Shown: positions 13,257-27,400 of the stretch, piece after piece | How positions within the stretch are numbered: the stretch's first letter is position 1 | Layout of the letters: every line of letters begins with the position of its first letter | Notes under the pieces: model-generated | What the model was told of the DNA's origin: nothing | Seen by the model: the letters and a program-made list of their open reading frames with translations, nothing else | The model's database searches: none | Translations under genes and position numbers: made by a program | From: Lama glama | Taxonomy: Eukaryota | Assembly (NCBI GenBank): GCA_028534125.1 | Contig: CM052816.1 | Location: 79,176,001-79,240,000 of the forward strand | DNA: 64,000 nucleotides | Direction of reading: 5' to 3'

Positions 13257-13565
13257 CCTTCTGTGCTATCCTCCAAGCCTCTGAAGCTCCCTTCCTGTCA
13301 TGGCAGATCTCCCCACTGGGAACCTTTCCTCTTTCACAGCTCCCTTCCAGGGGTGCAGGTCCCATTCTGATTCTTTTTTTTTTTTCTATCTGATTATGTG
13401 AAGATCTTTCTCATAGCTGTGATTGTATGAGATCATCTGCCAGAGTCCAGCAGGTGCTCTATGAGCATGGTTCCATATGTAGATATATCTTTGATGTATT
13501 TGAGGGAGGAGGTGAGCCCCATGTCCTTCTGTTCTGCCATCTTGATCCACACCCCTCCAAGTCTC
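13257..13565 (-). mobile_element. L1 5'UTR fragment (cetartiodactyl type)
   Basis: Minus strand reads gatcaagatggcagaacagaaggacatggggctcacctcctccctcaaatacatcaaagatatatctacatatgg...gggacctgcacccctggaagggagctgtgaaagaggaaaggtt, resembling the start of cetartiodactyl L1; homologous to 46935-47100. Confidence 0.7.
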
Positions 13566-14739
13566 CTGATTTAGGAAACACTCCATCTGCCACCCCCATG
13601 TAGTTGAGAGCATCCCTACATGGTAAGCCCTTAGGGATTACATTTAATTTCTAGAAACAGAAATAAGAAAGAATGTGGCTTAAACACTCTAGAGTTTTTG
13701 TTGTTTGTTTTTCCTTCTTTCGACAAGCCTGGAGACAGGCCATGGAGGGCTGGTGTGGTGACTCGCTCTGCCTTCTATAGCTTCCGTCCACTCTTTTTGG
13801 ACTTTTTGATTTCCTGTCCCACATTATTCTGCCAAGCTGCCTCTGGTTTGTTGCTTTCATGAGATATTTTGCCTTCCCTCCTGTTTGCTTTTGCATTCTG
13901 AGATGGAATTAAATTCTCCCTTGAAAGTTTCAGTGTATAGTATCTAGCGGATTAAAACAACGTAAAAAAAAATATTAGAAACCAGAGATGGCCTTGGAAA
14001 CCGCAGTTTCGGATTGCTTAATTCTGGGGTTGTGAAACTCATCTCGAAATAATTCAAGTAAAAAGATGAAGCAGGTACTACAAATGCTCCCTGCAGACAT
14101 AGGAAAAGGCCTGTATCTGCCAATGTCAGGATGGGATTTGCCTGATTGCAGGGGGAGTTGGGTGCCTGGTGTCTACCCAGTTCTGAGTTCTCATGCTGTA
14201 AGGATGTCACACAGTCAGGAGTATGTCACATGCAGAAGTATGTGTGTGAGATAAGATTTATTTCTACAATTCTTATGAAGTCTCTTAACCTGGTATCCAG
14301 CAATAGTTCCTTCAGGACAGACATGAAGCTCTCTCTGTGTTGTCATTGGAATGAATGGTCAGAATTTTATCTCCCTCAGAAGCAACACAGGAACCTAGGG
14401 ATGAGTCTCCCTGGCTGGTAACTCCCTCTTTCCTGCTCTCACCGTAAAATCCTCCCTGAACATCTGGTAACTCAGTGAGGCCAACTTTTCCGGGTGCTTT
14501 TAGGCTCTACCCTCATCCATAAAATCTGAGTAGTAGCAGCCAGTGAGCCAGAATGATGCCTCTAGTCTTGTTCCCTCCAAGCATCCTCCATAGGGTTGGC
14601 TGCCAGCATGGCCTGATGACCTGGAAATCTGATCTGATCTGATCACTCCCTGATTAGAACCCTTTGTTGACTTTCCTTGCATGGGATACAAAGGCTCTGT
14701 GACTTTTCTCTGGCCACCACAGCATGCACCTCTCGAACA

Positions 14740-16045
14740 TTCTGAAATAGACCCACACAGTTGATTTTTGACAAAGGTGCAAAGACAGACAATTCAATGG
14801 AAAAAGAAAAATCTTTTCAGCAACCTGTACTGGACCAATTGCATATCTGAATGGGATTTGACTTTTACTTAATAATATACACAAAAGGATATTGACTGGT
14901 ACTTCATACCATACACAAAAATTAACCCAAAATGTATCATAGTCCTAACTATAAATGCTGAAACTATAAAAGTTTTAAGAGAAAGTCTTTGTAATGTTAC
15001 ATAACCTTCAGAAAACAGATCTGTAATTCAAAACCTAAAAGCTTAAATCATAAAGACATTGAAAGACGTTGGATAAATTGGACTTTGTCAAAGTGGAAAA
15101 CTTTTACTCTTCTAAAGATATCAATAGGAAAAGAAAAATATAGGCCATAAACTGAGAGAAAGTATTTGCAGCACATTTCTCAGATTAAGAACTTATATTT
15201 AGAATATCTAAATAGACCTGTAGAAAAATGGACAGAAATGTTAAAATGTTTGAACAGACACATTTGTGTATCACACAAAAGAAAGTATACAAATAACTGA
15301 TAATCACATGAAAAATTACTCAACACATTAGTTATCAGTGAGGTGCAAAACAAAACCACAATTAGTTATCACAACACAGCTACTAGAATGGCTAAAATTT
15401 AGCATACTGACAATACCAATAGTTGGCTAAGAGATAGAGATCCATATGTATGAATCCATATATTTCACTGCTGATGCACGTGTCAAATGGTGCAGTCACT
15501 TAGGAAAATCACTGTACAGTTTCCCAAACAGTTAAGCATACACCTGCCATATGACTAAATCATTCCACTTCTAAGTAATTACTCAAGTTAAATGAAAACA
15601 TGTGTCCACCTAAAAACTTGTACACAAATGTTCACAGCAGCTTTATTTGTAACAGCTTTGGGCTAAGCACAAACAAAGTGTCCATAAACAGACGAATGGA
15701 TAAACAAGTTGTGGTATATCCATAAAATGGACTATTGCTCAGCAATAAAAAGGAATGTGCTACTGATGTACACAACTATGCAAATTAATCTCGAAATGAT
15801 CGTGCTGAGCAAAAGAAGCCAGACTCAGAGAAGTACATCCTGGGTGATACACAGAATTCAAGAAAATGTACCTCTACTGACAAATGGCTGCATGGGGCTG
15901 TGGGTTGTGGTGGGGTGTACTGGAAATGGGGTAATGGGAATGCTTTGTATCTTGATTTCAGAGGTGGCTTTGTAGGTTTATACATCTATCAAAATTAAGT
16001 GGGTGCAGTTTGTTGTATACAAATTATACCTTAAAATTGATTTGA
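14740..16045 (+). mobile_element. Old L1M 3' fragment (ORF2 end and 3'UTR)
   Basis: gaatggataaacaagttgtggtatatccataaaatggactattgctcagcaataaaaagg; ORF 15709 MWYIHKMDYCSAIKRN resembles the L1 ORF2 C-terminus. Confidence 0.8.
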
Positions 16046-17959
16046 AAATCTCTGTGGGTGAGATATGCTTTTTCAGTGTTTTTCTATTTGGGTACCTTAA
16101 GTTTTAGTATTCAGGATTTATACTGGCATCTGAATACAACTGGAAATGCAAATCCATTATAATTTCCAAAATAGTAGAGCTGGTACAATTTTGAAAAGGG
16201 AGGAGATATGCCTCTAAAAAGAGTAGGACCATTTCCTGGAATAGGACTGATGGTAAAAGCCTAGAGTTAGGGATCAAGTTCACATACTCAGACCTAATCT
16301 ATGTTTATTTTATGAATAAAATCTGGGGTCTTCCATAATTATAACAGAATTACATATTTGAACAATTATAAGCACAAGCAAAATATTTAATTTGTTGAGC
16401 TTTAATGGGCATGAAACATGACATAAACTAAGAATTTACATGCAAAATACATATTTTCAGAGGTGCATTTTAAGATTCTGAAAGGAAGTTCAAGATGCCA
16501 TTGCTGTTCCCTTTCATTATGTGGTTATTGTTCTGTTCACACATTTCTGTATTACCACCTGCCAGCATCTCATACTGATCTACCAGACACGATCTCGTAT
16601 CGATTCTTTGTGTGTCTGTCTATACTAAACGCTCTGTAGATGTGATTCTCCCTCATGGCAATCTTCTGTGGTTTTGTTTATCACACCCTAACTGCAGGCT
16701 ATTGCGAGATGGCTACATTCTTTGTTTAAATGCCAACCGATTATTCACACAAAAGGAAGTCAATGAAATGCTTGTGGAGTCACACAAACTCCTACTTCGT
16801 ACAAGGACCTAGCTACTTCTGAAAAGCAGATTCTGCATTTTAAATGTCCTCCATATGAATACATTTTAGCCCATTCAACAATTTGATTCAACCAATGTTG
16901 ACTGATTTCCTTCCTGTACAAGGTATCGTGCTGGGCACTTTGGAGGATGCAAAGATGAACCAGACTCGTTCCCAGTCCTCTGAGAGCTCTTGGTTGGCTT
17001 CCCATTGTCTTACTGATTAATTTTTTAAAAGGCAGATTTATCTGTCATTGGTGGTACATCTTGTCTAAGTGATCGCTCCTTATTAGCTTATTAGTTTAGC
17101 TTAAGGATTTCACTTAGTGAAAGTCAAATGAACATGCTAATACCATGAGGTCAGCTGCAGCAAGGAGGGGTATTTTTGGATGAAATGGCTAATGGTGTGT
17201 GGAGAATGCACCCAGAACTACCCTGGGGTGGAGGTGGGGAGCACATCTAATCCCTGCCAGTGTCGGCACCTGCTGGCTGGTAGGGGTCATGGACCAAAAG
17301 CAGGGGTATTTAACCGCAAAAGAGAGACAAAGGGCATATTTTTGAACAAGTGGATTTTTTTTTTTTGCCCCTCAAATCACACTCTGCTGCAAATCTGTTC
17401 AATCAAAACAAATCTTCATTAAAATCTATGGAGAACATCGCCCCTTGATCTCCAGGGTGAGTCTGAGAAGCTGGCAAGGCAGACAAAGAGTTTACTCTAG
17501 AGACTGTAGAAGTCAATGACCATACTTACTTGAGAACACATACAACATAGGATGCAGAACAGATCTTCATAGGTCTAGTCATTGGTTCTTGCATGGCTTT
17601 GTGATGGAAGCCAGAGAAGGGGAGGAAATAATGAAGGTAAAAGAGATGTCATAGGTACAACAATGAGAGAGAGCATGACTTTGGTGTGTTTTTTTCTAAA
17701 CAGGGCCACTTCTCATCTGGCAAACTTATTGTTAAGGAACAATAAAAAGAGGTGAGAAGTGAAAAGATGAGGAGAAAAGAGAGAAGCAGCAAAGGATGGA
17801 AACAGTGGGAAATGACATTCTATCAGTGTGTGGGTATGGAGGAAGAGGGTGGGCTTTGAATCACCTGTAATTATACCTGCCTGCTCCCGTGTGCTGTGGT
17901 TTTAATCTCACTTGATAATAAGACACCCTAGCAGTAAGCCATCTGGAGACAACAGAAGG

Positions 17960-18385
17960 GCAGGAAGGGGTTACCTAAAGACAAGAGAATCTGCTGAACA
18001 TTATCTTATAAAATCTAGAGGCAAGTGTTGTGCCATTCTAGAAACCAAACAATTGCCTACAAAACTTCCTGCTGGCTTCTCTCCTAGGGCAAACAGCTTG
18101 AGCTTTCACAGTCACTGGATTTCCTAGGTAACAGAAGTGTAAACTTGAGAAAAGGCAGAGCCAGGATAGGCATTGACAATGAGCTGAGCCAATGAGGCTG
18201 TAAGTTTGCAGCAGTGATTTCAAGCCATCCAATTAGCAGGCAGAGAGAGGACCATGAGGTGTGAGGACGAAAGGTGAGAGGGAGGAGGCGAAGGGGGATG
18301 GGGGGGCAGATTTCTCAGGTGAAGAGAGAGCGTCCATAGTTTCAGTTCAAAGCTACTGGTGGCAACAGGTTAGCCTTTAAGGTAA
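17960..18385 (+). promoter_or_regulatory. CAPSL: Candidate CAPSL promoter and non-coding first exon
   Basis: X-box-like ATTTCCTAGGTAAC 18119-18132 and GTTACCTAAAGAC 17970-17982; CCAAT boxes 18189-18193 (agccaatgag) and 18229-18233; candidate donors aag|gtgaga (18274) and aag|gtaaat (18382); the CAPSL ATG directly follows a splice acceptor, so an upstream exon is required. Confidence 0.5.
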
Positions 18386-19229
18386 ATCAAAGTTTTTATC
18401 TATTATGTTGATTTGATCACTTTTCTTCCATTTTAGGTTAGAAAGGAAGACAGTAGATGTTATTTTCTTATAAAAAAAGAAAAACCAAAAAACTGATGAG
18501 AGTTCTTGGCTGTCTGTCTAGGGAGGAAATAGCTTGCTTTTGGGAGAGGCTTTTGTCATCTTTGTGAAGAGGTGCTTAGGTGAAAATGGACAAAAATAAA
18601 TTTTATTCAGGAAAGGAGAAGGAGGTAACCATCACTGAGCAGTCACTATGTACTGGGTACTTGTGTGTGCAGTGTTTGGATGAACAGCTGTAATTAGCCT
18701 GTAAGACTGCTGATAAAACTGAGCTTCAAGAAGGTTAAATATCTCGAAGTCATAATACAATGAGAAGGTTGAGTCTGGGCTCAGAACTTGGTTTGTCTGA
18801 CATTCAAAGTTGCGCTATTTCTGTGGTGCCCTGCAGACCACTTAGAATCAGATAAGAGTCAGAATTCTTATTAAAGTAGACTTGGCACAGCTTGTTAAAA
18901 TTATATCAGAGAGTCGATTGGATTAATCATGAAGTTGAAAAGGACCTTAGTAAACGGCAATGCCATTCATCCAGGTGCCCACCCCTCTTACCTTCAGTCT
19001 GGGGCATAGTTAAACCATACTAAGTAGATGGAATTCCTTCTCATTTTTAAAGCTCTTATTTTTTCCTTAAAGTCTTAGAACTACAGAAATCATTTTATTT
19101 TGTAATTGTGCATTTGAAATAGTGAGATTTCATTGACATTCATTTGTATTTATATTCAAATAGCAATGATCTAATAACAATAGTGATTATTAATTCCAAT
19201 AGCAGTCTGGTAGCATCTATTAAGTTCTG

Positions 19230-21700
19230 ATGATATGATGAGACAGGAGACACAAAGGATATAGCCCTTGCCTTTAAGGGCCATATAGTCTAGCAGAGAG
19301 GCAGTCCTGAAAGCAAAGAGTGACATCATAGTGCCACGCAGATGCTATGTGGGCTTTGCACAGATTATACAAAGGAAGATGTAAGCTGCTTTACTCTGGA
19401 GAGAGTGGTTACACCACTCCACCAAAGGGATTCTATAAGGAAGAGGAGGACTTCTCCAGACCAGTAAGGGAGGGGCTGCGTGGACAAAGGCTGAGATACA
19501 GAACACCAGGATGTGTTTGGAAAATGTAAGCGGGTGTAGATGCAGAATAGACCTGAAGGCATAAAGAATTAGTAGAAACAAGGTTAGAGAGATAGACAGA
19601 GCCAACATATACATCAAATGCTAAGGCGTTTGCTGTTTGCCTGTACACAATGGGGAGCCCCCAAGGGGTCTTAGAGTAGAATATGAAGTTCAGATTTCCA
19701 TTTTATCCAGATTGCTCTCCTAGTCATCTAGAGGATAGATTGGAGGGGCAAGACTGGTGGCAGGGGACTACTTAAGGAGTTCCTCCAGTAATGGAAATTG
19801 GAGATGACCACCCTGACTAAGGCGGTATCCATGGCAATGGAGACAAGGAAGGGAACAGAGATTCAGGAGGTGTCAAGATGGCGAAATTTTACAGGTGTTG
19901 GCTGCTAATTCAATGTGGAGAATGAAAAGGAGTCTAAGATAATGTTCAGTTAGTGGGAAATGGTCTTCCCATTTCCTGGGACAAGGGATAAGGAGGAGAA
20001 GATAATGAATATGGATCTGGAAGATTAAACTTGAAGTGTCTGGAGGGCATTAAGGTGTACATGTTTTGTGGGAAATTTGAAATCTTGCTCCAAAGCTCAG
20101 GAGACTGAATGAGTTGGAATAAAGATTTGGGAAGCATGATTATGCCAGTAGACACAGCTGAGATGGCTAAGGGGATGCTATGAGAGTGAGAAGAGGAGAA
20201 GTAACTGAATCCTGAGAAACAGTGATGTTTACAAAAGCAGGCAGAAGGCAAGGGAGAGACCAAATAGGTCAGTCAGTCCCGAAAGGAAGGGAGATAAGAA
20301 ATTAGATTCCTAGACACTGAAAGAAAAGAGTTTCAAGAAGGAGAAATGATCAATAGAATCAGATGTAGGGTGGAGTGAAATAGGGACTAAGAGTGACTGT
20401 TGAAGTTGGCAATCAGGTTAGCAATGACTTCTTGAATGTATGTCCTTTGGAGGGACAGAGTGGAGACCAGACTGCACTGGACTGAAGTACGAATATGGCA
20501 GGAGAAAAACTGGAAAAACTAGAGACTTTTTCAAGCAGTTTAGCTTTGAAGGGTAATAGCTAAGGAGTCTAGGATTGAGGGATCATTGCAGATTCATGGA
20601 CTAAAGGGAGGAGTTGGTGGAGAGAGAAAAGGGTGTAACTTATGGCTGAGGGTCCAAGAGAGGCTGGGATCTATGTTGTAGGTGGATAGATTATCCTTAG
20701 ATGGGAGGAAATTCAGCACCACCCCCACTTGGTGGGGGAGGACAAAGTCAGGATAGTCTCAGAGATAGACATCTTTACAGACTTGGAGGAAAGTGGGGTC
20801 AATGAGTTCGTATCTGGCGGCTCCATTTTTACTATGAATTGAAGACAAGGTGTGGAGGAGAGTGTCAAAGGTTTGAATTAACCTCTGAAAAGACTGGAAG
20901 GAGAATCTAACCAGTGTCATATAAGAGTATAGTTGTGTGTTTCTGAAGGCACTTGTCCACCCTGGCATGTGGGTTTGTTCAGTTACACTTTACAGCCTGC
21001 CTTTAAGGAGAGGACACTGAGACAAATTGAGCCAAGTTAGGCGTTCATAAAGGAGTGTGAGAGATTGACAAGTGAGGGCTGAGAAAGAAGGCGCTGGGGA
21101 GGAGAGGTCAGTATTTGTATTAAGGTGTCTAGAATGGAGAGGGACGGAAATGGATCCTGAAAGGAAAATGAGGTAGGTAATTATTCACCTGGGGTGAAAC
21201 TGCAGGGTCAGGAGTCTAGAGGTCTCATAAGCTCACAAACATCTATGGTTGGAAGAATGAAACTGAACGGTGGAAGAGAGTGGGTGTTGAATTTTGAACT
21301 CTGAGACGAGACTAGCTTTGACTGGTGACAGAATCTAAGAGCAAGTCTTGGAAAGCCATGTGAAAATAGCAAGCAGATGAAGTTGGTAGAAATCCAGGAG
21401 CTCCAGGAACCTCATGATTGCATGTTGAATGGGTTTTCCTGATAAGCTCCAAGGTTCCCCAGATTTATGGGAGCACTTGGGATGGAGAGGGCGTCTCTGA
21501 GGCAGGACCCAGAGTCTCAGTGATTTAGAAAATGACAGAGGGAAAGATTTATGTAGGGAGGATGCTCAGCTGGGCTGTGCTTCAATGATGAGTGTGAGAA
21601 GGGGTCATGATGTGGAGCTGGCAGGTGCATCTTAGAGGCTGTGAGATTTCTTAGCACTTTGCATTGGGAGTAAAAAGTATCTTCATCTGAAAAGACTGCT
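19230..21700 (-). mobile_element. Ancient LINE-2 fragments
   Basis: Long purine-rich degenerate tract resembling antisense L2; boundaries approximate. Confidence 0.5.
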
Positions 21701-23499
21701 GGGCTAGAGTTCCTTATACCAGTTCAGGTAGCTGCTGGATAAAGACATTGTACCAGTCAACCTCTCATCAGGAGATGGATGGCACAGTCAAAAGTAGTAA
21801 CAGAAAGAAGCTTACTGAAGGACAATTCACAAAGCTGTGGACGGGCTAAGGGATTCAGATGAGGGATGATGAAACACCCCGAGGCTGCCACAGTGAGGAG
21901 GGGAGGCTGTCCTTGGACTTGAAAGGGCAAGAGGAGGAGCAGTTATCTGATCTTAGCAGGATTGTTGCTGTTAGGGAGGGAGCCTTTAGGGGAAGGGTGC
22001 AGTTCCTGGCAACTGAGGCTTGGCAGAGAGGAAATCAGGGACAAAAAGACTCCAACCTTCCTGCTCCTGCCCTCTGATCTCCTGCTGGTGCCTCCCATTG
22101 GTGAATCCAGCTGGAAGTCTGAAAGCAAAAAAATCTGGTTAATACAGTTCATAGACTTCACCCTCCTGTAGCACAGATGTGGATGGAGAATGGATCAGGG
22201 GAAGGGCCTGGGCAAATATTGAGCACAGACGTGAAGATAATCCAAAAACTCAGAGACTGATGAGAATGAGGAGATTTATAATGGAATAAGGAATTGTGGG
22301 AAGGCTGGGTGTCTCTGCAAGGAAGGAGCTCTTGGTCTTGGGACCTTGCCTTGTACTTTGTGAAGGTGATGGCTGCATAGGTGCAAGAAGTGGGCGTGTT
22401 TAGTTTGCTTCAACTGTTGCTTTCATCTCTTTAATTTGTTAATTTAATAGACATTACTCTAGTGAATCGTCCTTGTAAAATTTTGCTCTTTATTCTGATC
22501 TCAGATGGTTTTGTATAAAAAACTCCACCCCCCCTACAGGGTTCATAGGAGCAGTTCTCTATATTTCAGAAACAAGCTGGCATTTGGGAGATGGTAGCAT
22601 TACAGGATGGTTACTGTGTTAGAGAAAGGGCCACACGCTACCTTCTCTTGACAGCCCAGCGTCCATGTCCATGAACATTTCCGCCATTCATGATACTCTT
22701 TGGAGTGGAATCTTTTGCACATCCCTGGCCATAATTCCATTGCTCCCCAGTATCTTGCTTTCCTTCCAGTCTGAGAACAATTTTGTTTTTCCTATCATAT
22801 CACCTCATAACCTGAAGTCAAATAGAATTAAAAAGTTTTCAAATACTGCAAAAACTGGAAAATGTCACTTGAGTGAGCAGCACAGTCTTTGGCTGAGGGG
22901 TGGATTAAAGATGCTATTACTTCTTTGGAAGCTCTGCTTTGTGTGTGTCACCTCTGTAGGTGGCCTTGACCTCCACAGGAGCTCTTCCCAGACAGGAAAG
23001 TCACGGGTGGAAGCTCTCCAGTAACTTACGATGTTAGTTGTTCTTAGTGTTCTTTAGCCTCAATATTGCTAATAAGATTATCTTAGTTTTTATGTATGAA
23101 TGACATGTGGTGATGACAGTGGTTCCTCGTTTAAATAAATGAATATTTTCTGAAATGTTGTGGGTAATTTACAAAAGCCCCCAGGGGAGTGGCTGGCACA
23201 GGAAGACCCCATTCAGAACCTTGATTCTGCTACTTACCCCTGAACTGGGACAAGCCCTCAATTTATTTGTACCTCAGTTTCCTTATTTTGTGAAGTAGGA
23301 ATAGTTATCACCAGTGTATGTAAAAGCACTTCTTAAACTAGCAGAGTTATTGTCAAAACTTACCTTGCACCAGACATACTTTCTGTTCTAAACAAACTAT
23401 AAATGAATACTTTATATAACACAGGCTACCCCTTCAGCAGAGAGCCTGACAGAGCCAGTGCTCAGTAAGTGTCACCTCTTGCTACTAATGTTACCTCTG

Positions 23500-23710
23500 T
23501 GTGGTCCCAGAGGGACCGTGCGGTTTTGAAGTTGAAGCTTCATGACCGGGAGGCCTCTGTGGCAACTATTCAACTTGTCTGTTGTGGGATGAAAACAGCC
23601 ACAGGAAACATGTAAGCAAACACGTGTGATAGTTTTCCAATAAAACTTCATTTACAAAACTAGGTGGAGGGGCAAATTCAGCCTATGGGCTGTGGTTTGA
23701 CATTCCCAGG
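23500..23710. mobile_element. MER58A-like hAT-Charlie MITE
   Basis: ctctgtggcaactattcaact...ttccaataaaacttcatttacaaaactagg...gggctgtggtttg resembles MER58. Confidence 0.6.
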
Positions 23711-24103
23711 TCTAGATCATTACAGGTTATGTTTGCCTAAACCCAGGGCATCCTTGATAACTGCTTGTGTTAAGATAAATCTTATTTGCTTTGGAAGAAC
23801 AGAGGTTGAGGACTGAGAAATCATTAATGTGCTAACTTCGGCTCCTGGGATGCAGTTCAGTCTCCTCCACCGGGGCCGTCAGTTGGTCGGTATGTCTGAA
23901 AAAAGCCTCAGGCTCTGCATAGTGTTACAGGGTAAGCTGATCTGGAAATGGTTACACTCTTACTTTCTGGAAGGACTGTTTCTTCTGCCAACTGTGGCAG
24001 AAGCTGCCAGTGGCCTCCTCTTAAGCCAATCTCGTCCTCTTCTTTATAAACAGGACCGACCAGGAGATGGCAAAGTCCCCAACCTAAAATTAGGTTTCCC
24101 AGC

Positions 24104-24128
24104 TGTCTGAGTCCATTTGGGCTGCAAT

Positions 24129-24174
<46 letters not shown>

Positions 24175-24472
24175 GAGGTAGCTTATAAGCAACAGATATT
24201 TATTTCTCACAGTTTTGAAGGCTGGGAAGTCCAAGATCAAGCCACCAGCATGGTTGGATAAAGGCTCTCTTCCTGGTACATGGATGGCTTCTTGTGTCCT
24301 CATGTGGTGGAAAGAGTGAAGGATCTCTCTGGAGCCTCTTTTTATAAGGCACTAATCCCATTTATGAGGGGATTAAGCACCTCTCAAAGTCCCCAACTCC
24401 TAATACTACCATCTTTGGGAGTTAGGATTCCATCACATGAATTTGGAGGGGCACAAACATTCAGACTATACA
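24104..24472. mobile_element. MaLR solo LTR (MLT1A/MST-like)
   Basis: TG...CA ends; atttatttctcacagttttgaaggctgggaagtccaagatcaag and cacaaacattcagactataca are typical MaLR LTR motifs. Confidence 0.75.
24131..24170 (+). repeat. (AC)20 microsatellite
   Basis: Perfect dinucleotide run inside the LTR. Confidence 0.97.
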
Positions 24473-27400
24473 ATGAGATTTAAGCAAAAAGAGTTGGGTG
24501 GAGTCTTCTGGAATCTATTTTACAAAAGGCTGACTTTTCTGGGAAGTGCATTCTTCTTGCCCTCTCCCCTTTCTCTTTTCTGCTGCCTGGAGTGTGGATG
24601 CAATGACTGGAGCGGCTATGGTTATTTTGTAACTTTAGGCAACTTTGAGGAAAAAAGAAACATAGTAAGGTAGAAAGACAGTAGTTTCTTAGGACCCTGA
24701 TAACTACCTGAACTGCCTCCAGACTTCTTTTACATGAGAGGAAAGTAAACCTCTGTCATTTTCAGAGACAATTAACCTGCTTCTGTTATGAGTAGCTGGA
24801 CAACACGTTCCTATCTTATGTCAGCATTCTGACTTTGGGTTTCTAATCATTAGAACTTTCTGGTTTTCTTAAAGTATTAATTAAGAACACAAAGGTTGCA
24901 AATAATTAGCTGGGTTCCTAAGTGACTATCAAATAAATTTTAAATAGACGAGTGATCTCAAAAGGAGCATTTTAAATGACTGCAAAATAATTACTAAGTA
25001 GGTGATTTTGGTGACTAATGTTTCAAAAGGGCAAATGGTAATCAGAGCTGTGGCTTCAGCCCCGTATAAAAGCAGAGCAAGTTGTACACTGAGGGTTTGT
25101 CTTTGCAGTTTGTTTGAAATCACTGAGGCCCAGGCCTCATGGCACCTGAAAAATGGGAACTTTGAAAGTTACCTGGTTGTTTTTGAGAGTGTAATCATTG
25201 AAACCAGGAAGTTTGGAAGAAACGTTTTATTTCTCTTTTCTTCCTTCCTTTCTGCACCCCCCCTTTGTTTATTTAATTTTTGCATTTTGTGCACAGATCC
25301 AGCCCAAGCTTTGCTCACCTTTACCTTTGTGTAGTTTAGATATTTTCTTACTCTTCTTCTTTAAGATCTGGCAGATTGCCTGACGCAGAATAGACTGCAA
25401 GTAATTTCCTGGTAAAAACCCAAGAGACTCAGGGCAGAGCAGAAGGGAAGAGCGGGATGGAGAAGGAGACAGCAAGGAGAGAGCTGTTAAAACAGCTCCT
25501 GCCTCCAAAGGAGATCCCCAGGGGACCCTCGTTATGACAAGGATCCTTAGCACTGGGGCCTCTGAGTTTATTAAACCTGGGCTTGCGTCACATTGGGTTG
25601 GTTACATGGGTTCTTGAACATCATGCTAAGCAGTTTTTCTTACTCTCTTTTGTAGCCAAAAATGCTGCAGAAGCTGCTAAATGCTGATGAAATCCTCCTG
25701 AGATAAGCATTTTACTTTCTCTTTCCTCCTGTTTCTCAGCAGAGCTGAGTTCCCCTCAACTGGATTGATAGGTACTTTAGCCAGCTCAATGTTGATATCT
25801 AGGGTCAACCCAAACACTACCGGAATAAGCTTTGGTTAGCTGTATCAGATAGGAATAATTCTGGCTGCAAGTGACAAAGGACTGGACCATCAATGGATTA
25901 AGCAAATAGGGGCTTATATTTCTCACATGACAGGATTGTGGAGTCAGGCAGCTGCTTACATTGGCTCAGCAGCTTGGACTTTAAGTGCTTTAAGTTGATA
26001 TCCCTGTGAGCCCTTGGCCCTTTCTTCATGACTGCAGAAAGGCTGCCATGGCTCCGGACTTTGCATTCTTGTTCAAGGCAAGAGGAGGCAAAAGAGATGG
26101 GAGAGCTCTTTCAGAATCCTTAGCACTTTCAGTTGAGTTTCTGGCCAGAACTCATTCATATGACCACCCAACTGAAAGTGAAATGTAGCAGAGAAAGGAG
26201 ATTGGAATCAACCCACTGGCAATGTCTGGAAAATCAGCTATAACTCAAATTCAACAAAGTTAAAACTACCCCAGGGAATGTGAACTCCTGGGAGGGCTTT
26301 TGCTATCTCATTCATTGCTGTTTTGTGGTCCACATAAGTGTTCAATAAATATATGTTGAATTCAAGATCAGGACCAGGGTGAGATGAGGTAGGTGCCTGG
26401 GGTAAACTATTTAAGGAGGCACTCACCTTCAGGCGTGGGCAAGTGTGAGGTTTACATTTGTACAATCCTGACACATTAGGGCTTCTTTTAACCTTGTGCC
26501 CTATGCATGTAACCTACCTAGCCCTAATCTCAACCCTGGTCGAATGAATATGATGAAATTTCAAGAAGATGTATGAAATAAACACTTTATAACAATGATG
26601 TTTATGAAATATTATTCTTAATTGTGCCATATCATGAACATCAAAATAAGGAATTAATTCACATTCTGAAGATCAGTGGAAAGAATGAGAGACTACGAGT
26701 CAGCAGAGGTGGGCTGTAGGGCTGCCTGCATGTTGACGGCAGCTGATACATGGATTTCAAACATCCTGAGAAAATGTATTTGTGTGCGGAGGAAATTTGG
26801 TAAGATGCCAGGCTTTAATGACTCCTTATTTCCACAGTATACTTGTGTCATTAAAAGATAGAGTAAATAACATCATATTTTAAATCTTATGTGGAAGTTG
26901 GCAAGACAGACAAAACCCAGACGTCTCATATATTCATACATTGCAGAAATAATTTTAAATATAGTTTGTGGGGAAGAACACACCTCGTAAATCACTTTAT
27001 TAAAACAAACAAAGCAAACAAACAAAAAAACCCACTACAGCTTCAAAAGGGACTAAGGGAAATTGTTCATCTTGACCAGAAGGAGTTTACACTGAGCCTT
27101 AAAGTTTTGAAAACCCAAGCAAGGACCCTGGGGTGACAGGCCGAGGGTCACGTTTAGGACCTGTGAGTGGCTTGCTTTGCTCTGCCCTGCTGTCCCCGCC
27201 CTCCTCTGCTGTGAAATTCTCCCAGCACTCCAAGGAATCTCTTCCCGGAAGCTTTGCCTTTCTTTCATCTTGTTTCATGCGCCTTCTCTGAATTCCCAAA
27301 GCAATTGATCAGTGACTTGCTGTAGCTGTGGAACAGAGTGACTTAGACAGAAGTGGAGGTCAGCCTTGACTCTGCCACTGCCTCGCGGCACATTCTGAGG

